Below, in pieces: positions 50,404 through 60,871 of a stretch of 64,000 bases of DNA. The notes under the pieces were generated by a model. That model saw only the letters and a list, made by a program, of their open reading frames with translations. It did not search any database and had not been told where the DNA came from. Within the stretch, counting starts at the first letter, position 1. Each line of letters opens with the position of its first letter. Source of the DNA: Candidatus Eiseniibacteriota bacterium. GTDB lineage: Bacteria > Eisenbacteria > RBG-16-71-46 > SZUA-252. The DNA lies in NCBI GenBank assembly GCA_963703225.1, contig OY969801.1, positions 320,001-384,000 of the forward strand. The letters are read 5' to 3'. The translations under genes and the position numbers were made by a program.

Positions 50404-51813
50404 ATGACGCAACCGCAGACGATGGATATCCGTGAAGGATATAAGGAGAAGTTCGGCTTCCACGACGACATCAAGCCGATCTTCAAGTCCCGGAGGGGGC
50501 TCGACAGCGACGTCGTGGCCCAGATCTCCGAGATGAAGGGCGAGCCGGCCTGGATGCGCGACTTCCGCCTCAAGGCGTACAAGGAGTTCGAGAAGAAGAA
50601 GCTTCCGCTCTGGGGTGGCAACGTGGCCGAGATCGACTTCCAGAGCATCTTCTACTACCTGAAGCCAACCACGGAGCAGGGGAAGACCTGGGAGGACGTG
50701 CCGAGCGACATCAAGCGGACGTTCGACAAGCTGGGAATTCCCGAGGCGGAGCAGAAGTTCTTGTCCGGCGTCGGGGCCCAGTACGATTCCGAGGTCGTCT
50801 ACCACAAGATCAAGGAGAGCCTCACCAAGCAGGGCGTGCTCTTCACGGACACCGACTCCGCGCTCAGGGAGCATCCGGAGCTGTTCCGGGAGTACTTCGG
50901 CACGCTCATTCCGCCGAGCGATAACAAGTTCGCGGCCTTGAACAGCGCGGTCTGGAGCGGTGGCTCCTTTATCTACGTGCCCAAGGGCGTCCAGGTCGAA
51001 ATGCCGCTCCAGGCCTACTTCCGCATCAACGCCCAGAACATGGGCCAGTTCGAGCGGACGCTCATCATCGTCGATGAGGGAGCGTGGGTGCACTACGTGG
51101 AGGGCTGCACGGCGCCCATTTACGCGTCCGACTCGCTCCACTCCGCGGTGGTCGAGATCATCGTGAAGCGCGGGGCGCGCTGCCGCTATACGACCATCCA
51201 GAATTGGTCGAACAACGTCTACAACCTCGTGACAAAGAGGGCCGCGGCCTACGGCGACGCCACCATGGAATGGGTCGACGCCAACCTCGGCTCCAAGCTC
51301 ACGATGAAATATCCGAGCGTCTACCTGATGGAGCCGGGCGCCCACGCCGAGATCCTCTCGATCGCGTTCGCGGGCAAGGGGCAGCATCAGGACGCCGGCG
51401 GCAAGGCGGTCCACGCCGCGCCGAACACGACCTCGAGCATCGTCTCGAAGTCGATCAGCAAGGACGGCGGCCGGGCGGGCTACCGAGGCCTGATCAAGAT
51501 CGCCAAGGGCGCCAAGGGGTCCAAGTCGACGGTTCGCTGCGACGCGCTGCTCCTGGACGAGCACTCGCGCTCGGACACCTACCCCTACATGGAAATCGAG
51601 GAAGACCAGGTCACCATCGGCCACGAGGCGACGGTTTCCAAGATCGGCGACGAGCAGCTCTTCTACCTCATGAGCCGCGGCATTCCGGAGGCGGAGGCGG
51701 CCGCGATGATCGTCAGCGGATTCATCGAGCCGATCACCAAGGAGCTTCCGATGGAGTACGCGGTGGAGATGAACCGGCTGATTCAATTGCAGATGGAGGG
51801 CTCGGTCGGCTAG
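50404..51813 (+). CDS. sufB: Fe-S assembly scaffold SufB
   Basis: [39 protein letters not shown]. Confidence 0.96.
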   Translation: MTQPQTMDIREGYKEKFGFHDDIKPIFKSRRGLDSDVVAQISEMKGEPAWMRDFRLKAYKEFEKKKLPLWGGNVAEIDFQSIFYYLKPTTEQGKTWEDVPSDIKRTFDKLGIPEAEQKFLSGVGAQYDSEVVYHKIKESLTKQGVLFTDTDSALREHPELFREYFGTLIPPSDNKFAALNSAVWSGGSFIYVPKGVQVEMPLQAYFRINAQNMGQFERTLIIVDEGAWVHYVEGCTAPIYASDSLHSAVVEIIVKRGARCRYTTIQNWSNNVYNLVTKRAAAYGDATMEWVDANLGSKLTMKYPSVYLMEPGAHAEILSIAFAGKGQHQDAGGKAVHAAPNTTSSIVSKSISKDGGRAGYRGLIKIAKGAKGSKSTVRCDALLLDEHSRSDTYPYMEIEEDQVTIGHEATVSKIGDEQLFYLMSRGIPEAEAAAMIVSGFIEPITKELPMEYAVEMNRLIQLQMEGSVG

Positions 51814-51855
51814 GCCGGTCCGCGCCCCGTTCCCATAACCACTCGGAGATCGAAC

Positions 51856-53217
51856 GTGAATCCAACGGAAACCTTAGCCCCCGGCCGGGTCGAGGAATCG
51901 GCCCGCATCGGAGCGCTGACGAAGGACGCGGTCCTAGCCCTCTCGACGCGGGCCAAGGAGCCTGAATTCCTGGCCCTGCGCCGCGCGGCGGCGTGGGCGT
52001 TCTGTGAACGGACGCCGTTCCCCAGCCGTGTCGAAGAGCTGTGGCGGCGCACCGACATCAGCGGGCTCAAGTGGGATTCGGTGGTCGCCGCGCGCGAGCC
52101 GCACGCGGGCGCGCGCTCGGTGGCCGACCTTCCCGCCTCGCTCCGCGACGAAATCGGTCCGGCCACGGAGCGCTCAGCCCTCCTCGTCCAGGTCGACTCG
52201 AGCGTGGTCTGGTCCGAGGCGGACCCGGAGCTGGCCAAGCTCGGGGTGACGGTGCTCTCCATCGCGGAGGCGGCGAGAAAAAACCCGACGCTGGTCGAGG
52301 CCCATCTCGGAGCGACCGTTCGGTCCGACGAGAGCCGCTTCACCGGCCTGAACGGCGCGCTTCTCGGAGGCGGCGCGTTCGTGCACGTCCCCGCGGGCGT
52401 CACGGTGCCCCGCCCGATCCGGATTCTCGTCTCCCGCCAGAGCCCCGACGTCGGGACTTTCCCCCATGTGGTGGTGGCCCTCGAGAAGGGCAGCTCGGCG
52501 AACGTGATCGAGGAGTACTTCTCGCCCGGCGAGCCTGGCGTTGGGGTGAACGTCGGCGTGAGCGAGATCACCGTGGGCCAGGAGGCAACCCTCCACCTGG
52601 CCACGCTCCAGCGCTGGGGCGGAAACGTCTACCACTTCGGCGTCGAGCGGGTCCGGGTGGCGCGCGACGCCCGCTTCCACTGGACCTTTGCCGGGCTCGG
52701 CGGAAAGCTCACCAAGCTCGACATGGAGATGCACCTCGACGGCGAAGGAAGCGAGGCCAAGTTCTCGGGCTGCTATTTCGGGAACGAGACCCAACACTTC
52801 GATTTCCACACCTTCCAGAACCACCTCGCGGGCCATTCGATGAGCGACCTGCTCTTCAAGGGAGCGCTCCGGGGCCGGGCGCGCATGATCTACCAGGGGT
52901 TGATCAAGGTGCACAAGGACGCGCAGCGATCGGACGCCTACCAGGCGAACCGGAATTTGATCCTCTCCGACAAGGCGCGCGCGGATTCCATCCCCAGCCT
53001 CGAAATCGAGGCGAACGACGTTCGGTGCACGCACGGGGCGACGGTGGGGCAGGTGGACGAGGACCAGCTCTTCTATCTCATGGCTCGCGGGTTGAGCCGG
53101 CGCGACGCCGAGCGGCTGATCATCGCCGGGTTTTTCGAGCCGGTGCTCGAGCGGATCCCCGCCGAGTCGCTGCGCGCGCTGGTGACCGAGGCGGTCGAGC
53201 GGAAAGCGGCCGTCTGA
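51856..53217 (+). CDS. sufD: Fe-S assembly protein SufD
   Basis: EELWRRTD, PSLEIEANDVRCTHGATVG, LFYLMARG. Confidence 0.93.
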   Translation: MNPTETLAPGRVEESARIGALTKDAVLALSTRAKEPEFLALRRAAAWAFCERTPFPSRVEELWRRTDISGLKWDSVVAAREPHAGARSVADLPASLRDEIGPATERSALLVQVDSSVVWSEADPELAKLGVTVLSIAEAARKNPTLVEAHLGATVRSDESRFTGLNGALLGGGAFVHVPAGVTVPRPIRILVSRQSPDVGTFPHVVVALEKGSSANVIEEYFSPGEPGVGVNVGVSEITVGQEATLHLATLQRWGGNVYHFGVERVRVARDARFHWTFAGLGGKLTKLDMEMHLDGEGSEAKFSGCYFGNETQHFDFHTFQNHLAGHSMSDLLFKGALRGRARMIYQGLIKVHKDAQRSDAYQANRNLILSDKARADSIPSLEIEANDVRCTHGATVGQVDEDQLFYLMARGLSRRDAERLIIAGFFEPVLERIPAESLRALVTEAVERKAAV

Positions 53218-53219
53218 CC

Positions 53220-54467
53220 ATGAGGGCGCTCGCTCCCGAGCGGCGCGTCGATTTCGCCGCGATCCGGAAAGACTTCCCGATCTTCGAGCGGAAGATCGGC
53301 GGGAAGCCGCTCATCTACCTCGATTCCACGGCCACCACGCAGAAGCCGGTCGCGGTTCTCGAGGCACTCGAACACTACTACCGCACCTACAACGCGAACA
53401 TCCATCGCGGCGTTTACCGAATTGCCGAGGAGGCGACGGAGGCCTACGAGGCGGCGCGGGGGAAGGTCGCGCGGTTTTTGAACGCGCGATCCTCACAGGA
53501 GATCGTCTTCACCCGCGGCACGACCGAGTCGGTGAACCTGGTCGCGTACGCCTGGGGGCGGACCCACGTCGGCCCCGGCGACGTGATCGTCCTGACCGAG
53601 ATGGAGCACCATTCGAACCTGGTCCCGTGGCAGATCCTCGCCAAGGAGCGGGGCGCGACGATCCGCTACATCCCGGTCGACGGGAACGGGAGGCTCGACC
53701 TGAGCGATTTGGATCGGCTCCTTTCGGGCCCGGTCAAGATCCTCTCCATGGCGCACGTCTCCAACGTGCTCGGCACGATCAACCCGGTCGCCGAGATCGC
53801 GCGGAAGGCGCACGCCGTGGGCGCCACGGTGATGGTGGACGGCGCCCAGAGCGCGCCCCACATGCCGGTCGACGTCCGCGCGCTCGACTGCGATTTTCTC
53901 GCCCTCTCGGGGCACAAGATGCTCGCGCCCACCGGAATCGGCGCCCTCTACGGTAAGCGCGCGCTCTTGGACGCGATGCCGCCCTTTTTCGGCGGCGGGG
54001 AGATGATCCGGGAGGTTCGGCTGGAAGGCTCGACGTGGAACGACGTCCCCTTCAAGTTCGAGGCGGGAACCATGAACATCGCCGACACGATCGGGTTCGG
54101 CGCCGCGATCGACTACCTGAACGCCATCGGCATGGACTTGGTTCACGCCCACGGCCAGGAGTTGGTCCAGCAGACGTTCCGGGTGCTGGGGGCGATTCCG
54201 GGCGTGACGATCTACGGGCCCCCCGCGGCGGAGCGCGGCGGCATCGTCTCCTTCACCGTCGACGATATCCACGCGCACGACGTGGCGGCGGTCCTCGACG
54301 GCGAAGGGGTCGCGGTCCGGGCGGGGCACCACTGCGCGATGCCGATCCACACCAAGCTGGGCCTGACGGCATCGGTCCGGGCGAGTTTCCACGTCTACAA
54401 TCTGACCACCGACATCGAGCGTCTCGGGGAAGGGGTGCGAAAGGCCAAGCAAGTCTTCCACCAATGA
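53220..54467 (+). CDS. sufS: Cysteine desulfurase SufS
   Basis: YLDSTATTQKP, EHHSN, SGHKM, FEAGT, RAGHHCA. Confidence 0.95.
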   Translation: MRALAPERRVDFAAIRKDFPIFERKIGGKPLIYLDSTATTQKPVAVLEALEHYYRTYNANIHRGVYRIAEEATEAYEAARGKVARFLNARSSQEIVFTRGTTESVNLVAYAWGRTHVGPGDVIVLTEMEHHSNLVPWQILAKERGATIRYIPVDGNGRLDLSDLDRLLSGPVKILSMAHVSNVLGTINPVAEIARKAHAVGATVMVDGAQSAPHMPVDVRALDCDFLALSGHKMLAPTGIGALYGKRALLDAMPPFFGGGEMIREVRLEGSTWNDVPFKFEAGTMNIADTIGFGAAIDYLNAIGMDLVHAHGQELVQQTFRVLGAIPGVTIYGPPAAERGGIVSFTVDDIHAHDVAAVLDGEGVAVRAGHHCAMPIHTKLGLTASVRASFHVYNLTTDIERLGEGVRKAKQVFHQ

Positions 54468-54868
54468 GCTTCGACGATCTCTATCGCCAGAACATCCTCG
54501 ATCACTACCAGACGCCGCGCAATTTTGGCACGCTCGACCACCCCGACATCAGCGCCGAGGATTCCAATCCACTCTGCGGGGACCAGATCCGGATCGATCT
54601 TCGGGTCAAGGACGGCAAGGTCGCGGAGGTGCGGTTCAGTGGGAAGGGCTGCGCGATCAGCCGCGCGGCGGCCTCCATGCTAACCGAGGAAATTCTGGGT
54701 AAGACCCTCGAGGAAGTGAAGCGGATCGGCAAGGACGAGGTGCTCGAGATGCTGGGGATCGAGTTGGGGCCGGTCCGGCTCAAATGCGCTCTGCTTGCGC
54801 TCAAGACGCTGAAAGTGGGAGTCTATGGGATCCAGGGATGGCCTGGCGAGGATGGGGAGGGAGATTGA
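54464..54868 (+). CDS. sufU: SufU/NifU-like protein
   Basis: ILDHYQTPRNFG, NPLCGD, GCAIS, RLKCALL. Confidence 0.92.
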   Translation: MSFDDLYRQNILDHYQTPRNFGTLDHPDISAEDSNPLCGDQIRIDLRVKDGKVAEVRFSGKGCAISRAAASMLTEEILGKTLEEVKRIGKDEVLEMLGIELGPVRLKCALLALKTLKVGVYGIQGWPGEDGEGD

Positions 54869-55191
54869 GCGAGGCGACCGCGCGCTTTGTCAAAGTGGGC
54901 AGGGTCAAGGACGTGCCCGCGGGACGCGCGGAGGTTTTTGACGTCGAGGAGCGGAAGATCGCCGTCTATCGGTTGGGAGACAGCTTCTACGCGATCGACG
55001 ATATCTGCACGCACGACGGCGGGCCGTTGGCGGAGGGAGAGGTGGAGGGAGATCAGGTGATCTGCCCCCGACACGGCGCCCGGTTCAGCATCAAGACGGG
55101 CGCGGCGCTCACGTTTCCCGCGATCACGCCGGTGGAGACCTACCCCGTCCGGGTGGAAGGGGAAGATCTTCTCATCGGAATACCCTCGTAA
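54865..55191 (+). CDS. Rieske-type ferredoxin
   Basis: CTH...CPRHGARF; TTG start overlapping the sufU stop. Confidence 0.9.
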   Translation: MSEATARFVKVGRVKDVPAGRAEVFDVEERKIAVYRLGDSFYAIDDICTHDGGPLAEGEVEGDQVICPRHGARFSIKTGAALTFPAITPVETYPVRVEGEDLLIGIPS

Positions 55192-55205
55192 CGAGAGGTA
55201 CGATC

Positions 55206-55493
55206 ATGGCGACCGACGCCGAAATCCGCACCGCGCTGGAAGAAGTGGTGGATCCCGAAATCCACCTGAGCATCATCGAGTTGGGTCTGGTCCGTGAGAT
55301 CGATCAGAGCGTCGAGCCCTTTGTGGTCCGGATGCTGCTCACGACCCCGTTCTGCCCTTACGCGCCGCAAATCATGAAAGAGGTGAAGGAGGCGGTGACC
55401 CGCGTTACCGGGAAGCCGACCGAGGTGGAGATCATGCCCGAGCAGTGGACTCCGGAGATGATGCCCGATCCAGGGCTCCTGGGTCGTTGGTAG
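55206..55493 (+). CDS. sufT: DUF59/SufT-like Fe-S maturation factor
   Basis: DPE...LGLV...TTPFCP...WTPEMM. Confidence 0.88.
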   Translation: MATDAEIRTALEEVVDPEIHLSIIELGLVREIDQSVEPFVVRMLLTTPFCPYAPQIMKEVKEAVTRVTGKPTEVEIMPEQWTPEMMPDPGLLGRW

Positions 55494-55502
55494 GAGGAGA
55501 TC

Positions 55503-55802
55503 ATGGCCAAGTTAACCGATAACGAAATCCGGCAGGCGTTGCCGGAGTTGCCCGGCTGGGTCAACCAGGACGGGACGCTCAAGAAGACGTTCACCCACGC
55601 TTCGTTTCCCGAGGCGATCGTGTTCGTCAATGCCGTGGCGCACCTGGCCGAGCTGGCCAACCACCATCCCGACATAGATATTCGCTACTCCAACATCACG
55701 CTTTCGCTCGTGACGCACGATCAGAAGGGAATCACCAACAAGGATGTCGCGTTGGCCAAGCAGGTGGAAGCGATCCGCAAGAAGGCCGGCGTTCCGGCCT
55801 AA
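55503..55802 (+). CDS. Pterin-4a-carbinolamine dehydratase
   Basis: AELANHHPDI, THD..GIT.KD. Confidence 0.9.
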   Translation: MAKLTDNEIRQALPELPGWVNQDGTLKKTFTHASFPEAIVFVNAVAHLAELANHHPDIDIRYSNITLSLVTHDQKGITNKDVALAKQVEAIRKKAGVPA

Positions 55803-55810
55803 TCGAATCG

Positions 55811-58066
55811 GTGCCCCAAACACTCGAGCCGCTTCTCAGGCCGCGCTCCGTCGCTGTGATCGGCGCATCGCGGCGTCGCGACGCCATCGGCGGCGCCATC
55901 CTCCACAATCTTCTCGAAATGGGCTTTCAGGGCCCTGTCTATCCGGTCAATCCGAGCGCGACCTTCGTGCAGTCGGTCCAGGCCTACCCCGACGTATGCT
56001 CGATTCCAGGGCCCGTCGACCTCGCCGTCATCGTCGTTCCGGCCGCGCAGGTTCTCGACGCGGCGGAGGCGTGCGGCGCCAAGGGGGTGAAGGCGCTCGT
56101 CGTCATATCGGCCGGGTTCAAGGAGGTCGGGCCCGAGGGGATGAAGCGAGAGGAGGCCCTCCGCGCGACCGTCCGCCGCCACGGCATGCGCCTCGTGGGG
56201 CCGAACTGCCTCGGGATACTCAATACCGACCCCGGCGTCTCGATGAACGCGACTTTTTCCCCCGTGCAGGCGCCTCCCGGGCGAGTCGCATTCTCGTCGC
56301 AGAGCGGTGCGCTCGGGCTCGCGATCCTCGATCATGCCAAGCAGCTCGACCTCGGCATCTCCCAGTTCGTGAGCATCGGGAACAAGGCGGACGTCTCGGG
56401 CAATGACCTGATCGAGTTTTGGGAGCAGGATCCGGGGACCGACGTCATCCTCCTCTATCTGGAATCGTTCGGAAACCCGGCCAAGTTCACCCAGATCGCC
56501 CGGCGCGTGGCGCGGAAGAAGCCGATCGTGGCGGTGAAGAGCGGCCGCACCAAGAGCGGCGCGCGGGCCGCCTCGTCCCACACCGGCTCGCTCGCCGGCT
56601 CGGACGTCGCCGTCGACGCCCTCTTCCATCAGAGCGGCGTGATCCGCACCGATACGATCGAGGAGCTGTTCGACACGGCGCTCCTGCTGGCCTATCAGCC
56701 GGTCCCCACGGGGAGCCGCGTCGCGATCCTCACCAACGCGGGTGGGCCGGCGATCATGGCCGCCGACGCGTGCGAGTCGGCCGGATTGACGCTCCCCTCG
56801 CTCGATCCCAAGACGGTGAAGGCCCTGCGCGGTTTCTTGCCCGCCGAAGCGAGCGTGAAGAATCCGGTGGACATGATCGCTTCGGCCGACGCGGCGTCCT
56901 ACGAGCAGGCGCTCCGCCTCCTGCTCGCAGACCGGAACGTCGACTCGGTGATCGTGATCTTTGTGCCGCCGCTCGTGACCGGAGCGCCCGAGGTGGCGCG
57001 CTCGATACTCGCCGGCGGCGCGGGGTCCAAGAAACCGATCCTTTCCTGCTTCATGGGCTCCCATGGCGTTCCGGAGGGCCTGCGGTCGCTCAACGAGGGG
57101 CACATTCCTTCCTATGCGTTTCCCGAGGCTGCGGCGCGGACCCTAGCCCGGGCCGTGAAGTACGGGATCTGGCGGGGCACCCCGGCGGGGAAGGTGCCGA
57201 CGTTGACCGGGATTGATTCAGCGCGGGCTCGAAGCGTGATCGACCAGGCGCTCGCCGACGGCGGCGCGGCGCCGGGCGTTGCGGCACCGGGCGCGGAGAC
57301 GGCCGAGAGGTGGCTCGCGCCCGACGCGCTGGCGCAGCTCCTCGCCGCCTACGGCATCCGATCGGCCGGCGCTCGCCCGGCTCTGAATCGCGGCGAGGCC
57401 GCGGTGGTCGCCAAGAGCGTCGGCTTTCCCGTCGCGATGAAGGTGAAATCGGCCGACGTGATCCACAAGACCGATGTGGGGGGCGTCAGGCTCGGGATCA
57501 AGAGCGAGGAGGAGGCCGCGCGCGCGTTCGACGAGATTCGCGCGGCGCTCATGAAGGCGAAGCCGGGTGCCCGGTTCGAGGGCGTGACCATCGAACGGAT
57601 GGTTCCCGGGGGCATCGAGACGATCGTCGGCATGACCCGCGACGCTCTCTTCGGCCCCGTGGTCCTCTTCGGGCTCGGCGGCGTCGCCGTGGAGCTGCTC
57701 CACGACGTCTCCGTGAGGGTGGCTCCGCTCACCGATCGCGACGCCGACGAGATGATCCGTGGGATCCGGAGTTACCCGCTCCTCGAGGGCTACCGCGGCG
57801 CCCCTCCCGCGAATACCGAGTCGCTCCTCGATCTCCTTCACCGCGTCTCGCGGATGGCGATCGAACAGCCCGAGATTCTCGAGCTGGATCTCAATCCTGT
57901 CCTCGTCTTTCACGGAAGCACGCCCTGCGTGGCCCTGGACGCACGGCTCAAGCTCGGCCGCCCGACAGCCGGGCCCGCTCCGGAGCCCGCCCTCGCGGCC
58001 GGCGGCGGGGCATCGAGCTCCAAGCCCGGGCGTTTTCCCGCGGCATCCTCCGCGTCCAAGCATTGA
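55811..58066 (+). CDS. Acyl-CoA synthetase (NDP-forming)/acetate-CoA ligase
   Basis: PRSVAVIGAS, GPNCLG, SQSGA, SHTGSLAG (phospho-His), ATP-grasp HKTDVGGV, ELDLNP. Confidence 0.9.
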   Translation: MPQTLEPLLRPRSVAVIGASRRRDAIGGAILHNLLEMGFQGPVYPVNPSATFVQSVQAYPDVCSIPGPVDLAVIVVPAAQVLDAAEACGAKGVKALVVISAGFKEVGPEGMKREEALRATVRRHGMRLVGPNCLGILNTDPGVSMNATFSPVQAPPGRVAFSSQSGALGLAILDHAKQLDLGISQFVSIGNKADVSGNDLIEFWEQDPGTDVILLYLESFGNPAKFTQIARRVARKKPIVAVKSGRTKSGARAASSHTGSLAGSDVAVDALFHQSGVIRTDTIEELFDTALLLAYQPVPTGSRVAILTNAGGPAIMAADACESAGLTLPSLDPKTVKALRGFLPAEASVKNPVDMIASADAASYEQALRLLLADRNVDSVIVIFVPPLVTGAPEVARSILAGGAGSKKPILSCFMGSHGVPEGLRSLNEGHIPSYAFPEAAARTLARAVKYGIWRGTPAGKVPTLTGIDSARARSVIDQALADGGAAPGVAAPGAETAERWLAPDALAQLLAAYGIRSAGARPALNRGEAAVVAKSVGFPVAMKVKSADVIHKTDVGGVRLGIKSEEEAARAFDEIRAALMKAKPGARFEGVTIERMVPGGIETIVGMTRDALFGPVVLFGLGGVAVELLHDVSVRVAPLTDRDADEMIRGIRSYPLLEGYRGAPPANTESLLDLLHRVSRMAIEQPEILELDLNPVLVFHGSTPCVALDARLKLGRPTAGPAPEPALAAGGGASSSKPGRFPAASSASKH

Positions 58067-58077
58067 AATCCGGCAGC

Positions 58078-59052
58078 GTGTTCGCCCGTCTCCGTCCTGA
58101 GGAGGCGATCTCGCTCGCCATCTTCGTGCCGATGGCCTACGCCCTGGCCCGGATGGTCGGCGTACCGCCGGACGTCGGCGGCCCCGCCGCGGGCTACCCG
58201 AGCTCGCTCGCGCGGCTCATCGCCCTGCTCCTGGCCGCGCTCTTTTTCTTCTGGCTCCTGCGCTATCGACAGCGGTGGGATGTGGTGCGGGACGCGATGC
58301 CGTTCGTCTTCTGCGCCAACGTCTACGCCAACCTGCACGATGTCATCCGCTTCTATGGCGCGCCCGACATCACGAGCACGCTCTACCGGTGGGACGTCCA
58401 GCTCTTCGGCGTCGAGCCGAGCGTTTGGGCGGAGCGCTTCATCCATCCATTCCTGACCGACTTCTTCACCTTCTGCTACTGGCTCTTTTACGTCTGCGGT
58501 CCGGTCCTCGGGCTCCTGCTGTACCTGAGGAAGGATTGGAAGGCATTCCGGTACACGATGGTGAGCGTCGTGCTCTGCCTCTTCATGGGGTACGTCGGAT
58601 ATGTCACGTGGCCCGCGGCCGCGCCGCGGCTGGCGATCCCCGAGGCGTACACCGTCCCGCTGCGCGGGTGGTCGCTGTTCCTCGACTATTCGCGAGCCGC
58701 GACGGCCGCGGTTCCACTCACCACGCAGGGGGCATTTCCGTCGCTCCACTGCGCGATCGCGCTGCTCGTGCTTCTTCTCGCGTGGAAGCATCGGCGCTGG
58801 TATTTCTGGGTTCAGCTGCCGTTTGGCGCCGGGCTGATCCTGGGAACCGTCTACCTGCGCCACCACTGGGTGGTCGATATCCTGGCGGGGTTCGTCCTTA
58901 CGTTCATCGCCTTTTGGGCAGGCCCCAAGATCGAGGAAGCCTGGAACCGCGCCGTGGAGCGCGGGAGGGACCGGTCGGTCGTGCCTATCTCTTCTCGTAA
59001 CCCTGCGCCACCGCGCGAGGCGGCAGGCCGTTCCAGTGCCGGCGGTAGTTGA
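58078..59052 (+). CDS. PAP2-superfamily (AUR1/IPC synthase-like) membrane protein
   Basis: Multi-TM; PAAAPR, AFPSLH, YLRHHWVVD. Confidence 0.82.
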   Translation: MFARLRPEEAISLAIFVPMAYALARMVGVPPDVGGPAAGYPSSLARLIALLLAALFFFWLLRYRQRWDVVRDAMPFVFCANVYANLHDVIRFYGAPDITSTLYRWDVQLFGVEPSVWAERFIHPFLTDFFTFCYWLFYVCGPVLGLLLYLRKDWKAFRYTMVSVVLCLFMGYVGYVTWPAAAPRLAIPEAYTVPLRGWSLFLDYSRAATAAVPLTTQGAFPSLHCAIALLVLLLAWKHRRWYFWVQLPFGAGLILGTVYLRHHWVVDILAGFVLTFIAFWAGPKIEEAWNRAVERGRDRSVVPISSRNPAPPREAAGRSSAGGS

Positions 59053-59386
59053 GCGGAACGGTTCTCACCGACCGCGGCACCGACGTCGCATTCAAATGGA
59101 TGAACGGACCCTGCCACGAGCGGGCGCGATACCACTGTCCAGTCTCTAGATAATACCAGTACCTTCCGTATCGGTAGAGATCGCACTCCCGATCCCTTAC
59201 GTAGTAGACCTTGGTCGTGGGCACGAGCGACACCGCGGGCTCGTCGTGGAAATCGAGGGCGGCGCCGCGATAGGGGTCCCCAACCCGGACGCGGGCGTCG
59301 GCATTCGCGTCGGCCAAAGCGCCAACCGGGATCCAGCTCAGCGTCGCCACGAGGGCGGCGGCCATCAATCGCTTTGCACGTGTCAT
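58985..59386 (-). CDS. Secreted Tyr/Trp-rich hypothetical protein
   Basis: RBS AAGGAGG; signal peptide; VYYVRD..CDLYRYGRYWYY..GQWYRARSWQGPF. Confidence 0.75.
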   Translation of the reverse strand: MTRAKRLMAAALVATLSWIPVGALADANADARVRVGDPYRGAALDFHDEPAVSLVPTTKVYYVRDRECDLYRYGRYWYYLETGQWYRARSWQGPFIHLNATSVPRSVRTVPLNYRRHWNGLPPRAVAQGYEKR

Positions 59387-59453
59387 GGCGTGATCCTCCT
59401 TCCGTGGCCGTCTCCGATGTGAGATTAGGCCTCGAATCACGCCTGAGAATTCT

Positions 59454-59468
59454 GCAACCACCGTGCCA
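59454..59468 (-). promoter_or_regulatory. Sigma54 (-24/-12) promoter
   Basis: Minus strand TGGCAC-GGTGG-TTGC(A), about 70 nt upstream of ATG 59386, AT-rich tract upstream. Confidence 0.85.
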
Positions 59469-59530
59469 TTTCAGCACGCCCATATATCTGCTAACGCTAT
59501 GTAAATGAATCAATTGTGAGGATGGTCGGG

Positions 59531-60871
59531 TCAGGCCAGAGGGGGGGCCGTGCGCATCGCCACCTGCTCTGCAAATATCCGGGCCGAGGTTCGGGGCCTC
59601 CGCCGGGCCTCGGGGTGGTCGAAATCGACCACGTAGAGACCAAACTTGCCGTGGTACCCCTCCATCCATTCGAAGTTGTCCATGAGGGACCAGTGAAAGT
59701 ACCCGCGGATGTCGAGCCCGGATGAGCGGGCGCGGTCGACCGCCGCGAGGGTCGCCCGGATGAAATCGGGGCGCCAGCGATCGGCAGCGTCCGCGATCCC
59801 ATTCTCGGTGATGAGCATGGGCAATCCGAACGCGGCGCACTCGTGGAGCGCGCGCTCGAGACCTTCAGGGTAGATCTCCCACCCGAGATCGCTCGTCTCC
59901 GAGCCCCGCCGCGCGGAACGGGCGGCTCCTCCCAGCAGCGCGACCATCCAGCGGGTGTAATAGTTGACGCCAAGAAAGTCGGAGGCGCCCTGGAGGGATT
60001 CGACGACGCGGCGGACCGGTCTGGCGCCCGGGATCGCGAACTCGATCGGCCCGCCCGCCAGCGCGCGCACCACGGCTTCGTTGAAAACACGGTGTTGAGC
60101 CCTGGTTACGAATCGGTCGAGCGGCGACCAGCGCGATCGGGGCTCGAGGAGCACCCAATGCTTCGCGACGCCTGTGAGGACGGCCCTTCCGTCCCCATCG
60201 GCGTCCACCCGGTCGGTCTCCCGGAGCGCTCGTGCCGCGACGCCATGCGCTTCCAGGAGGTTGGCGATCACCAGCAGCGCGCGGGACCGATCTCGAACCC
60301 CGGGCGGGAAGGTGCCGCTGTCGTATCCGTAGAATCCCAAGACCTCCGGTTCGTTCACCGTGATCCAGCGATCGACGAGATCTCCGTAGCGCTCGCCCGC
60401 GAGGCGGGCGTAGCGCTCGAAGTGCGCGAGGTTCGCCTGTTCCTCCCAACCTCCGAGGGCCGCGAACCACTGAGGATTGGTGAAGTGGTGAAGGGTCAGG
60501 AGCGGCGTGATGCCGCGCGAGCGGCACCCCTCGAGCATGGCGCGGTAGCGCGCGATCGCCGCCTCGTCGTAGCGCCCTTGATCGGGCTCGATCCGGCTCC
60601 ATTCGAGTGAGAAACGGTAGGCATTGAGCCCGAGGCCCCGAATCAACTCGAGGTCCTCTTCCCAACGCTCCCAGCTCCCGCACGCGTTGCCCGAGCGGGC
60701 GCCTGCGCGAACCTTGTGCGGGAGCGCCTCCCACTGCCACCAGTCGTTTCGGTTGTTCCCCCCCTCGATCTGATGGGACGACGTCGCCACGCCCCAGAGG
60801 AACCGTTCCGCGTTTCGCGTCGAGGCGCGCGCTTGTCCGGCGGAGGCGGCCGGATTAACGTCGGCGTCCAT
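59531..60871 (-). CDS. Glycoside hydrolase family 1 (beta-glucosidase-like)
   Basis: FLWGVATSSHQIEG, TVNEP (acid/base), ITENG (nucleophile), WSLMDNFEW. Confidence 0.93.
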   Translation of the reverse strand: MDADVNPAASAGQARASTRNAERFLWGVATSSHQIEGGNNRNDWWQWEALPHKVRAGARSGNACGSWERWEEDLELIRGLGLNAYRFSLEWSRIEPDQGRYDEAAIARYRAMLEGCRSRGITPLLTLHHFTNPQWFAALGGWEEQANLAHFERYARLAGERYGDLVDRWITVNEPEVLGFYGYDSGTFPPGVRDRSRALLVIANLLEAHGVAARALRETDRVDADGDGRAVLTGVAKHWVLLEPRSRWSPLDRFVTRAQHRVFNEAVVRALAGGPIEFAIPGARPVRRVVESLQGASDFLGVNYYTRWMVALLGGAARSARRGSETSDLGWEIYPEGLERALHECAAFGLPMLITENGIADAADRWRPDFIRATLAAVDRARSSGLDIRGYFHWSLMDNFEWMEGYHGKFGLYVVDFDHPEARRRPRTSARIFAEQVAMRTAPPLA

